A stretch of 64,000 nt of DNA from an uncultured Pseudomonadota bacterium. GTDB lineage: Bacteria; Pseudomonadota; Gammaproteobacteria; Burkholderiales; SG8-39. The stretch lies in contig CAIKRR010000014.1 in NCBI GenBank assembly GCA_903829815.1, forward strand, positions 209,024 through 273,023, in the 5' to 3' direction. Within the stretch, counting starts at the first letter, position 1, and each line of letters opens with the position of its first letter. A program made the position numbers and the translations under genes. Shown here piece by piece: positions 55,696-64,000 of the stretch. A model generated the notes under the pieces. The model searched no databases. It saw only the letters and a program-made list of their open reading frames with translations, and had not been told where the DNA came from.

Positions 55696-57452
55696 GCTGC
55701 AACTCCAGCGTTGACAGGCACCCGCGCCAACGCGATCTGCGGGTTCGCCTGCGATTGAACGAGCGCGATCGCATCGGTCGGGCCGGCAAGACGGCTTTCC
55801 AGGTGCAGCGTCCAGTTCGGATCAAGGCCCGGGTGATCCTCTCGCTGGTGCGCACCGCGGCTCTCGGTGCGCTCGAGCGCTGCCACCGTAACCGTCTCGG
55901 CCACCAGCGTCATGTTGCGCAGGTCAAACCAGTCGAGCCAGACCGGATCGAACGCCCCCGGTGCAAAGGACGGTGCCGCATGGAAGCGCGTGGCAAGCGC
56001 TCGTACGCCGTCGAGCCCCTCGCGCAAACCGGCCTCGGTGCGAAAAGGCCCGACCTTGCGCGACATGATGGTTTGAAGTTCATCGATGGCAGCCGCCGTG
56101 TTGGCCTCGGTCGGCAACGTGCCGGGGGTGAGCGTTGCCTCGATCAGACGCTGTGCCTGCGCTCTCACCCGCTCGATCCGGGAAGCGCTCGCCACCGGAT
56201 CAGCCACTGCGTCCGCTGCCAGCACGGACACCGCCTGGGCCGCACTCGCGCCCGCGCGGCGACCGAAGGCAAAGGCCTCGGTGATGGCATTGCCCGAGAG
56301 ACGGTTGGCGCCGTTCGCGCCACCGACCGCCTCGCCACCGACGAAGAGCCCCGGCACCACAGTGGCCATGCGCGTATCGACCGCAACGCCACCCATGTGG
56401 TAGTGGGCAATCGGGGCAACTTCGATCGGCGTCTTCGCCAGATCGATGCCGTTCTTCGCAAGGCGATCGACCACCGGCCCGAAGGCGGCACGCAACTGCT
56501 CGGGGGGCAGATGCTCGAAGCTGAGCCAGGCCCCGCCATGCGGCGATCCGCGACCCGCCTCGACCTCCTTGTAGATGGCATACGTGGCCTGATCACGCGT
56601 GATGGTGTAACGACCACCGTCCTCGGTGCCATACCGATGCGTGAACTCCTCCTTCAGACCATTCAGGAGGCGACCACCCAACTTGTATCGGAAAGGGTCC
56701 CACATGATCGGATCCATCCCGATCATGCGCGGTGCCAGATGCCCGATCGGAAAGAACTGCACGAACTCCATGTCGATAAGGGGTGCACCAGCCCGCAGGG
56801 CGAGCGCGTAGGCATCACCCCCCATGTTGGACGACGCACTGTTGCGCGCATAAAGCCGCGTGAGACCGCCGCAAGCGAGCACCACGGCACCAGCCACGAT
56901 GGTCACCGCCTCGCCCGTGGTCAGATGAACCCCCACCGCACCGGCACAGCGGCCTTCGTGAACGACCAGATCGGTGATGCACAGATCACCCACGCGTTGC
57001 ACGAGGGGCGACCGAATCACCTGCGTGCGCAACGTGCGCGACACCGCCGGCCCGGTATTGAGGAAGTCGACATAGACGCAGCGCGGGCGATCATGGCCGG
57101 GTGCCATCACCGGGGTCAGCTGCCCCTCGGCACGCGCCCAGCCCACACCCCAGGTGTCCATCTCGCGTACGCACTCGAGGCCCTCTTCGCACAGCAGGCG
57201 CGACAGATCGGGTTCGCACAGTTCGCGTCCCGCCTGGAGCGTGTCGGCCAGATGAGCCTCCACGCTGTCATCGGCCGGCTCGCCCATGGCAGCGGCCACG
57301 GTCATCTGCGCCATCACGGTGGCGCCGCTGCGTCCGATCAGACCGCGATCGGCCAGGATCACACGGGATCCGAGGCGCGCGGCCTCGACAGCGGCATACA
57401 TGCCAGCGCCACCGGCGCCAACCACCAGTACATCGGTTTCCAGGTTTCTCAT
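55692..57452 (-). CDS. FrdA/SdhA/NadB-superfamily FAD flavoprotein (divergent)
   Basis: Contains the dinucleotide fold VVGAGGAGMYAA, HYHMGGV and GANGANRLSGNA. The canonical RSHT and QFHPTG motifs read RSGA and QFFPIG here. Confidence 0.85.
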   Translation of the reverse strand: MRNLETDVLVVGAGGAGMYAAVEAARLGSRVILADRGLIGRSGATVMAQMTVAAAMGEPADDSVEAHLADTLQAGRELCEPDLSRLLCEEGLECVREMDTWGVGWARAEGQLTPVMAPGHDRPRCVYVDFLNTGPAVSRTLRTQVIRSPLVQRVGDLCITDLVVHEGRCAGAVGVHLTTGEAVTIVAGAVVLACGGLTRLYARNSASSNMGGDAYALALRAGAPLIDMEFVQFFPIGHLAPRMIGMDPIMWDPFRYKLGGRLLNGLKEEFTHRYGTEDGGRYTITRDQATYAIYKEVEAGRGSPHGGAWLSFEHLPPEQLRAAFGPVVDRLAKNGIDLAKTPIEVAPIAHYHMGGVAVDTRMATVVPGLFVGGEAVGGANGANRLSGNAITEAFAFGRRAGASAAQAVSVLAADAVADPVASASRIERVRAQAQRLIEATLTPGTLPTEANTAAAIDELQTIMSRKVGPFRTEAGLREGLDGVRALATRFHAAPSFAPGAFDPVWLDWFDLRNMTLVAETVTVAALERTESRGAHQREDHPGLDPNWTLHLESRLAGPTDAIALVQSQANPQIALARVPVNAGVAA

Positions 57453-57622
57453 GGTGTCCTGCTGAGTCTGTGAGGCAAGGTCAGGTGGACTGGCGTGTCG
57501 AACAGGCCGTCAGGCGGCCTCGAGCGAGGCGGCCTTCGACACCCGGTCAAGCGGTGAATGGGACGGGCACCTGCGAAAGAGAGGGCGCGACCGGCCTGGT
57601 CGGCCGGGCCGAGCCGTCTTGA

Positions 57623-58270
57623 TCAGATGGCGTCAGCCTGCCCGGCGGGATCGGCTGCCTTCACCGCATCGAGCACTGCGCAGTTCTCGTAGATGGCCAT
57701 CGTGCGCGGGTACGCGGTGAGGTCGCACTTGAACCGCTTTGCGTTCTGGATCTGCGGTACCAGACACACATCGGCCATGGTGAACTGATTACCGAGGCAG
57801 AAACGACCCGACTGCCCTTGCGCCGCGAGAAACTGCTCGAAGCCTGTCAGCCCCTCGGCGATCCAGTGGGCGTACCACTCACCGTTGATCTTCTGATCAT
57901 CGAGGCCACAGGCGTTCTTCAGGTACTTGAGCACACGCACATTGTTGAGCGGGTGAATCTCGCAGCCGATGATCTGCGAGGCGGCACGCACATACCACTT
58001 GTACTCGATGCCCCCGGGCATCAGGGACGGCGTCGGATAGCGCTCATCGAGATACTCGATCATGGCCATCGACTGGGTGAAGACATGCCCCGCATCATCG
58101 ACGAGCGAGGGCACCAGACCCTGCGGGTTGAGCGCGAGATAGTCGGCGGCGCGCTGCTCCATCTTCGGCAGGCTGACGTACTGGGACTCGTAGGGCAGGC
58201 CCTTCCAGGCCAGCGCGATGCGCAGGCGAAAGGAGGTCGATGAACGAAAGAAGGTATAGAGCTGCATCAT
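57623..58270 (-). CDS. Zeta-class glutathione S-transferase: maleylacetoacetate/maleylpyruvate isomerase
   Basis: Contains LYTFFRSSTSFRLRIALAWKG (zeta-class SSxxxRxRIAL motif) and NPQGLVPSL. ATG at 58270 or 58267. Confidence 0.85.
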   Translation of the reverse strand: MMQLYTFFRSSTSFRLRIALAWKGLPYESQYVSLPKMEQRAADYLALNPQGLVPSLVDDAGHVFTQSMAMIEYLDERYPTPSLMPGGIEYKWYVRAASQIIGCEIHPLNNVRVLKYLKNACGLDDQKINGEWYAHWIAEGLTGFEQFLAAQGQSGRFCLGNQFTMADVCLVPQIQNAKRFKCDLTAYPRTMAIYENCAVLDAVKAADPAGQADAI

Positions 58271-58295
58271 GGGGGCGTGGAGTCCTGCCTGAGGC

Positions 58296-58652
58296 CTACT
58301 TGTTGAGGATGTGCTCGGGCGTGCTCGAGACAATCTTGCCGTAGTCGGGAACGAACTTGCCGCCCTCGATCAGGCTCACGAACGCAGGCTTCATCTCGAC
58401 CAGCATGCGACGGATGCGCGCGTGTTCCTCGATGTCGGACCACTCGGCAATCAGCCAGAAGTGACGCGAATCCTCGGTGTCCTGCACGAGCACGCCGTCC
58501 TTCACCTGCGCCGCCGACTTGTGCATCGGGTTGGTGTCGGAATAGTCAAACTCGTTGAAGAGTTCGACGAACTGCGCTTCGCAGCCTTCCTTCACCCGAA
58601 AATCGTAGATGTGAAAGTAGTTGCCCATCGAGGCAAGCGGCACCATGGCCAT
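58296..58652 (-). CDS. Small ABM-like (antibiotic biosynthesis monooxygenase / ferredoxin-like fold) protein
   Basis: The ATG at 58652 is preceded by AGGAGA. The pattern FHIYDFRVKEG...FWLIAEWSDIEEH fits the ABM alpha+beta fold. The family call is tentative. Confidence 0.55.
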   Translation of the reverse strand: MAMVPLASMGNYFHIYDFRVKEGCEAQFVELFNEFDYSDTNPMHKSAAQVKDGVLVQDTEDSRHFWLIAEWSDIEEHARIRRMLVEMKPAFVSLIEGGKFVPDYGKIVSSTPEHILNK

Positions 58653-58769
58653 ATCGAAGCTCTCCTGCAAAAGTGGATGGCCCGAAGGGCCACTGATGAA
58701 GCGGGTCGCTCGCTCGCAACGAGCGCCCCGCGCCGGATCCGTCGAGAATCCTACCGTTTGTAGCTTTCG

Positions 58770-59549
58770 TCAAGCACTGGGGCGGTGTTCTTGCTGCGAC
58801 GCATGCCAGGGCAGGGCCCACCGCTCGATGCGTGCCAATGCCGCAAACAGCAGCATCCCCATGATGGCCAGCAGCAATACGGCCGCAAATACCCGGGCGG
58901 TGTCGAAGGTGCCCTGCGCCGAAAGAATCACGTAGCCCAGACCACGCTGTGATGAGACGAACTCGCCCACGATGGCACCCACCAGCGCGAGCGAGATGGC
59001 CACCTTCATGCCGGCAAACATGCTGGGCAGGGCACACGGAAAGCGGATGCGCCAGAGCATCTTCGCGCGACTGCCACGCAAGGCACGCCCCAGGTCGAGG
59101 ATGTCGGCGGGCACCGACTTCAACCCGAGCACGGTATCGATCACGATGGCAAACACGGCAATCAGAAAGGCGATGGCCAGCTTGGGTTCGGCGCCGGTAC
59201 CGAGCCAGATGACAAAGAGCGGCGCAATCGCCACCTTGGGCACGCTGTTGAGGCCAACGATGAGCGTATAGATCGTCTTCTCGAGCAGCGCCGACTCGAC
59301 GATGACCACCGCCAGCCCGACCCCCACCACCACGGCCAGACCAAAACCGCCGACGGTCACGAGCAGCGTGTACCAGGCATGCCCCATGTACCAGGGAAAC
59401 TCGCTGGCCAGTTCACGCAGCACGGCCGATGGCGGCGGCAGGATGATCGGCTTCACATGCATCCAGGCCACCAGGAACTCCCACAGGAGCACCAGCACCG
59501 CGATCGATACGGCCGTGACCAGAATGCCCTGCCAGTCGCGGGTCTTCAC
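58770..59549 (-). CDS. ABC transporter permease (NitT/TauT/SsuC type)
   Basis: Six TM helices and the EAA-like loop LGRALRGSRAKMLWRIRFPCALP. Confidence 0.88.
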   Translation of the reverse strand: MKTRDWQGILVTAVSIAVLVLLWEFLVAWMHVKPIILPPPSAVLRELASEFPWYMGHAWYTLLVTVGGFGLAVVVGVGLAVVIVESALLEKTIYTLIVGLNSVPKVAIAPLFVIWLGTGAEPKLAIAFLIAVFAIVIDTVLGLKSVPADILDLGRALRGSRAKMLWRIRFPCALPSMFAGMKVAISLALVGAIVGEFVSSQRGLGYVILSAQGTFDTARVFAAVLLLAIMGMLLFAALARIERWALPWHASQQEHRPSA

Positions 59550-60334
59550 GCGTCCTCCTTGAGCAGCCCCATGCCCTCGAAGAGGGTGCGGATGCGCGTC
59601 GAGTAGCCATGGAAGCGTTCACCCGTGCGCACCGCCAGCCGGCGCGGGCGCGGAATGTCCACTTCGATCACATCGGCAATGGAACCCGGGCGTGGTGAGA
59701 ACACCACCACCCTGTCGGCCAGAAATACGGCCTCGCTGATGCTGTGGGTGACAAAAAGCACGGTCTTGTGCTCGGCCAGCCACAGGCGCTGCAATTCGAT
59801 GTTCAGCTGATCGCGGGTCAAGGCATCCAGCGCGCCGAAGGGCTCGTCCATCAGGAGGAGCTTGGGGTCATCAACCAGTGCGCGGCAGATCGCCACGCGC
59901 TGGCGCATGCCCCCGGAGAGCTGCGCCGGGTACCGACCCTCGAATCCCTCGAGCCCCACCATCTTCAGGAGCGAACGGGCACGACCGCGCGCAGCGGCCA
60001 CATCACCACCCCGAAACTCGATCGGGAGCATCAGATTGTCGAGCACCGAGCGCCACTCGAGCAGGGCATCGCGCTGAAACACGATGCCCAAGTGTTCGGG
60101 CGGCGCGGTGACTGGCACACCGGCCACGCTGATCACCCCGGAACTGGGCGTATCCAGACCGGCGACACAGCGCAGCAAGGTGCTCTTGCCGCAGCCACTG
60201 GGGCCCAGGATGCTCACGAACTCGCCCGGGCGGATGTCGAGCGATACCTCGGCAAGGGCCGTGATACCCGCATCGGCGAAAACGCGGGTTACCCGGTCGA
60301 TACGAATGCCCGCTGCCTCGTGTCCGACGCTCAT
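59546..60334 (-). CDS. ABC transporter ATP-binding protein (NitT/TauT type)
   Basis: Walker A GPSGCGKST, signature LSGGMRQR and Walker B LLLMDEPF. 4-nt overlap with the permease. Confidence 0.92.
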   Translation of the reverse strand: MSVGHEAAGIRIDRVTRVFADAGITALAEVSLDIRPGEFVSILGPSGCGKSTLLRCVAGLDTPSSGVISVAGVPVTAPPEHLGIVFQRDALLEWRSVLDNLMLPIEFRGGDVAAARGRARSLLKMVGLEGFEGRYPAQLSGGMRQRVAICRALVDDPKLLLMDEPFGALDALTRDQLNIELQRLWLAEHKTVLFVTHSISEAVFLADRVVVFSPRPGSIADVIEVDIPRPRRLAVRTGERFHGYSTRIRTLFEGMGLLKEDA

Positions 60335-60371
60335 GCTCGTTCGCCGACAAAGGCCGATTGTTGCATCGAAC

Positions 60372-61421
60372 TCATCGTGCGCCGATCTTCTTCATCAGGT
60401 CGAGATCGAGCATGTCGTTGGTGTAGTACTCGGCTGCATTGGCCGCGGTGATGAGCTTGGCATTTTCCATGACCTTGAGGCCGTTGGTCCACTCGACCGG
60501 CACCATCACGCCAGGCGGTTGCCCACCGCTCTGGGGCGTATTGAAGAAGGTCATGAACTCCTCGACCATACCCTTCATCGACTTGGGGTCGAGCTTGCTC
60601 TGGGCGCGCTGGGCGAGGATGGCGGCCACGGCCTCATCCACATGCGCCTTGTCCCTCTGGATGTAGATCCAGGTCCCGGCCATGACGCTGGCAAACTTGC
60701 GCAGCGCCACGGGCTTGGCCTTGATCGAGTCTTCGCTCGCGATGAGACCAAAGCTGGGAAACTGCAGACCGACGTCGGCAAAGAGGATGGCCTCGGACTG
60801 ACGCGGTCCTTCGACCACCGGCAGCACGTTCGGTACCGATGAGAAGACGCCATCGCCACGACCGGCGATATAGCTCGGAATCTTCGAGGCGGCATCGACC
60901 GCCAGCAGTTCGACCTGATCACGCTTCAGGCCACCGGCTGCGAGGAAGGTATCGAGAAAGGGGGCTTCGAGCGAGCCGGCGGTGAAGATGAGCTTCTTGC
61001 CGGCCAGGTCCTTGGGCGACTTGATGCTGCCGCCCTTGGGAATCATGAGACCGATATCGTTCTTGCGGGCGAAGTTGGCGATTGCCTTGATCGGCAGGCC
61101 TTTGTTGCGCGCGATGATCATGGGCGCAAGGCTCGCATGACCGACATCGAACTTGCCAGTGCCGACCAGCTGCACGGTAGTCACTGAGCCGTTGCCGTCC
61201 TCGACGACCAGCTCGAGCCCCTGCTCCTTGAACCAGCCTCGCTGGTTGGCCAGATGCAGCGCGGCGTGCGAGCCCCAGGTCACCCAGTCAAGACGAACCG
61301 TGAGCTTCTCGAGGGGTTGAGCCAATGCCCCCTGACTGGCCAATCCGAGACTGGCAGTCAAAGTGGCGGCAACGGCAGCGCCAAGCGCGCGTTGCAGGAA
61401 GGGGCGTCGATTGCCGGTCAT
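60372..61421 (-). CDS. ABC transporter substrate-binding protein (NMT1-like) with Tat/Sec leader
   Basis: The leader MTGNRRPFLQRALGAAVAATLTASLGLASQGALAQ precedes an NMT1-like fold. ATG at 61421. Confidence 0.85.
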   Translation of the reverse strand: MTGNRRPFLQRALGAAVAATLTASLGLASQGALAQPLEKLTVRLDWVTWGSHAALHLANQRGWFKEQGLELVVEDGNGSVTTVQLVGTGKFDVGHASLAPMIIARNKGLPIKAIANFARKNDIGLMIPKGGSIKSPKDLAGKKLIFTAGSLEAPFLDTFLAAGGLKRDQVELLAVDAASKIPSYIAGRGDGVFSSVPNVLPVVEGPRQSEAILFADVGLQFPSFGLIASEDSIKAKPVALRKFASVMAGTWIYIQRDKAHVDEAVAAILAQRAQSKLDPKSMKGMVEEFMTFFNTPQSGGQPPGVMVPVEWTNGLKVMENAKLITAANAAEYYTNDMLDLDLMKKIGAR

Positions 61422-61493
61422 GTCAGTGCTCTCCGTGAGTCTTGTCCACCTGAGCCGGTGGCAAGGTTGATCAAACTCGTCAGACACGGGCAG

Positions 61494-62858
61494 CTACCCG
61501 CGCCCACCACCTGCGCCAAACAGGGCGAGCACCCGATCACGCAGCACTCGCCACAGCAAACCCCAGCCATTCACTGCCATCGCACGACCACCACGGCTGG
61601 CCGCAGAGCTGTCTGCGGATACCCCCGCGCCATCGGCGTCTCCGGCACCGGCACCAGCACCAGCACCATCCGCGTGCGTAACACCGGCCCGAATCAGTCG
61701 GGCATCGAGTGTCGCACCAAAATCGGCCACGAGACGCTCGGCAAACTCGCGCACGAGCGAGGGTCGCGAAAACTGTGCCAAGGGCCCCTGCAGGCTGTAG
61801 TCCATCGTGATGACCACCCGGGTAGAGTCGGCCACCAGAGCGCTCTGGGCTGCGCTTGCCTCACCGGTGGCGACACGCCCCGTGAGTGCGCCACCCACCG
61901 GGGCCGTCTGCGGTTCGAGCCGATAGACGATATCGGCGCGAGCGCGTGACTGGCTCAGGTTGTCCTGACCGGCGCCCCGCAGGCGCCCGGTGCGGTGCGC
62001 ATCATCACGCTCGTGCGTGGCGGCACCGGCAAAGGCGGCCTTCATCGGGCCAAAGCGCACCACGATCCGGGCGCGTACCCGATCGCCATCGACCTCGACC
62101 TCTTCGGCGCCGGGCAAACAGGCCGCTACCGCTTTCACATCGGCAAAGGCATGCCAGACATCAGTGGGTGCGCCGCGCATGACAAACGCCACTTCAATGC
62201 GGTTGCTGCCGGCAGCGGGCGTGACCGGGACAGCGACGCTCGCGGTTCCAGCAGCAGGCGCAGCACCCGCGGTTGCTGAAGCCACAGACCCCGGTGCACC
62301 AGAGACCAGAAGAGGTGCATCACCGGGCACGAAGGACGGCATCGGTGCGTGTTCAATCGCTGACCGGGCGCTCTCGAGGACGCTTGCATTGGCACTGCGC
62401 CGCGACTCGAGCACATCGAGAATGGCCCGCACGATGCCGGCAAAGCCGGTGCATCGGCACAGATTGCCCGACATCTCGACTCGAACCCGGCGCTCGTCAG
62501 CCTCGGGCACGCGCAGCACCACATCGCGCGCGGCAATCAGCATGCCTGGTGTGCAAAAGCCGCACTGCAAGGCGTGGTGCCGGGTGAATGCAGCGCGCAG
62601 ATCGCGCATCACCGGATCCGTCTCGAAGCCCTCGATGGTGCGCACCGCGCTGCCTTCACAGGCGACGGCAAAGGCAATGCAGGCACGCGCCGGGCGATCA
62701 TCGATGAGCACCGTGCAGGCGCCACAGACGCCATGCTCACAGCCCAGATGGGTGCCGGTGAGCCGCATGGTTTCGCGCAGAAAATCACCCAGATGCTGGC
62801 GCGGTTCGGCCAGTGCCTCATGGGTCTCGCCATTGACGGTGAGAGTGATGGGGTTCAT
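61494..62858 (-). CDS. Fusion protein: (2Fe-2S) small subunit of xanthine-dehydrogenase/CO-dehydrogenase family (CoxS-like) + CoxG/SRPBCC domain
   Basis: The N-terminal half has CEHGVCGACTV, QCGFCTPGM and CRCTG. The C-terminal half (FVMRGAPTDVWHAF...MDYSLQGPLAQFSR) matches CoxG-type SRPBCC. It ends in a Gly/Ala/Asp low-complexity tail. Confidence 0.85.
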   Translation of the reverse strand: MNPITLTVNGETHEALAEPRQHLGDFLRETMRLTGTHLGCEHGVCGACTVLIDDRPARACIAFAVACEGSAVRTIEGFETDPVMRDLRAAFTRHHALQCGFCTPGMLIAARDVVLRVPEADERRVRVEMSGNLCRCTGFAGIVRAILDVLESRRSANASVLESARSAIEHAPMPSFVPGDAPLLVSGAPGSVASATAGAAPAAGTASVAVPVTPAAGSNRIEVAFVMRGAPTDVWHAFADVKAVAACLPGAEEVEVDGDRVRARIVVRFGPMKAAFAGAATHERDDAHRTGRLRGAGQDNLSQSRARADIVYRLEPQTAPVGGALTGRVATGEASAAQSALVADSTRVVITMDYSLQGPLAQFSRPSLVREFAERLVADFGATLDARLIRAGVTHADGAGAGAGAGDADGAGVSADSSAASRGGRAMAVNGWGLLWRVLRDRVLALFGAGGGRG

Positions 62859-63727
62859 GACTGGAACACCTGTCGGGTCGCGCGCAGGAGCGCCGTGACA
62901 TGGAGCTTGCGCTCGACCGCGTCGAGCCCGGAGACCGCATCGACCAACGCCTGATCGACAGCGTTCGATGTGAGCGCCACACTGCCCAGACGGGCGACGG
63001 CAGCGGCCAACCCGGCAAGCGCCACCGGGGCCCCGCCGAGGGCGCCGGCCACGATGCGTGCATGGCCACTCGCAGGGTCGAACACGGCGGCAGCGCTCGC
63101 CTCGGGAAACTCGCCCGTCTTGCGACAGATTTTCCAGTAGCCCCAGCGAGCCTGGGCCGACAGCACCGGGCCCTCGACAGCCTCGATGATTTCGTCATCG
63201 GCGAGCACGGTGCTGAAACCGGCGCGCATGAATTCGGCGGCACTCACGTCGCGCCGCCCGCGTGGCCCGATGATGCAGACCCGGGCGCCGAGCGCATTGA
63301 GCGCAAGCGGCCAGTCGGCAGCCGGATCGGCATGCGCCAGGCTGCCCCCGATGGTGCCGCGATTGCGAACGGCACGGTAGGCGATACCCGTTGCCACATG
63401 ACGCATGAACCCGCGGCCATCGAGCAGCGCCGGGCTGTCTTCGATCTCGGCATGGGTGACCGCAGCACCGATGCGCCAACGTGCTTGCGCCGCGGGGAGC
63501 GCCGAGTTCGCGGGCAGGCCCTGCGATTCGATCCGCCGCAAGGCCTCGATGCGCGACAGATCAATCACATGACTGGGCCGCGCCAGTCGCAGGTTGAGCA
63601 TCGGTCCGAGCGACTGCCCACCGGCCAGGGGCTTGGCATCGCCCGCGCCCAGCGCATGCGCGCCCAGTGTGTGCACCGCCGATGCCAGATCGACCGGACG
63701 TTCGTAGGCAAACCGGGCTGCCTTCAT
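62855..63727 (-). CDS. FAD-binding medium subunit of molybdenum hydroxylase (CoxM/XdhB-like)
   Basis: Contains LAGGQSLGPML and RNRGTIGGSLAHADPAAD motifs. 4-nt overlap with the small-subunit gene. Confidence 0.85.
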   Translation of the reverse strand: MKAARFAYERPVDLASAVHTLGAHALGAGDAKPLAGGQSLGPMLNLRLARPSHVIDLSRIEALRRIESQGLPANSALPAAQARWRIGAAVTHAEIEDSPALLDGRGFMRHVATGIAYRAVRNRGTIGGSLAHADPAADWPLALNALGARVCIIGPRGRRDVSAAEFMRAGFSTVLADDEIIEAVEGPVLSAQARWGYWKICRKTGEFPEASAAAVFDPASGHARIVAGALGGAPVALAGLAAAVARLGSVALTSNAVDQALVDAVSGLDAVERKLHVTALLRATRQVFQS

Positions 63728-63729
63728 GG

Positions 63730-64000
63730 CTAGGCCACCTTGCGCGCAGGGGCTGCCACACGGGCCCGCTCGATGGCCTCGAGCAGGCGGCGTGGATCGA
63801 GCGGGGTCTCGTTGACTTCGACCCCCAGGTCGGCGAGCGCATCATTCACTGCATTGAAGATCACCGCGGGCGGTGCAATCGCACCACCCTCACCCATGCC
63901 CTTGATGCCGAACTTCGTGTAGGGCGAGGGTGTCTCGAGGTGATAGATGCGGATGGGCGGCACCTCGGTCGCGCCGGGCAAGGTGTAATCGGCAAGGGTC
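63730..64000 (-). CDS. Molybdopterin-binding large subunit of molybdenum hydroxylase (CoxL/XdhA-like), C-terminal fragment
   Basis: The C-terminal sequence PSPYTKFGIKGMGEGGAIAPPAVIFNAVNDAL is typical of the family. The gene continues past the right edge. Confidence 0.75.
   Translation of the reverse strand, partial: TLADYTLPGATEVPPIRIYHLETPSPYTKFGIKGMGEGGAIAPPAVIFNAVNDALADLGVEVNETPLDPRRLLEAIERARVAAPARKVA

Noticed and set aside
55755-57473. 572-aa plus-strand ORF antisense to the FrdA-like flavoprotein gene
   Set aside because: Its composition is Arg/His/Gly-rich and low-complexity with no motifs. The opposite strand carries clear FAD-binding and HYxMGG motifs.

Overview
This is a GC-rich, gene-dense chromosomal segment. 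Its content looks like a Burkholderiales-type betaproteobacterium: seven Bug/TctC-family solute receptors and a dapF-DUF484-xerC arrangement. I support 64 protein-coding genes. I saw no rRNA, tRNA, CRISPR array, IS element or prophage gene.

- **1-12 kb:** housekeeping genes. These are xerC (fragment), dapF, dsbA, a SPOR protein, argS, a contiguous metK-ahcY-metF methyl-cycle block, and two tandem LpxL-type lipid A acyltransferases.
- **12-28 kb:** mixed metabolic genes, Bug receptors, an ArnT-like GT39 glycosyltransferase, a signal-peptide-bearing SAM methyltransferase, and ettA preceded by a small unknown protein with a GGM-repeat tail.
- **28-48 kb:** an accessory-looking aromatic/organic-acid catabolic mosaic. 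It holds an MhpA-like hydroxylase, an extradiol dioxygenase, two gentisate-dioxygenase-like bicupins, amidohydrolases, an amidase, malonyl-CoA decarboxylase and a LysR regulator.
- **48-52.5 kb:** the part I find most interesting. A GMC oxidoreductase is transcribed divergently from a PlcP/LpxH-like metallophosphoesterase, an OlsB-like N-acyltransferase and an orphan PhoB-like response regulator. Phased Pho-box-like heptamers sit in front of this block. I read it as a putative phosphate-starvation lipid-remodelling module.
- **52.6-64 kb:** an RraA-like aldolase/Bug/LigI-like triad converging on a long minus-strand run. That run has a Cox-type molybdenum hydroxylase, a NitT-type ABC importer, an ABM protein, a zeta-GST isomerase, and a divergent FrdA-like flavoprotein with a 2Fe-2S-only partner.

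Several short perfect tandem repeats (12, 13, 14, 20 and 29 bp) and a roughly 50-bp duplicated LysR operator/5' end lie in intergenic regions. All functional calls come from motif and family recognition by eye. No database search was run.
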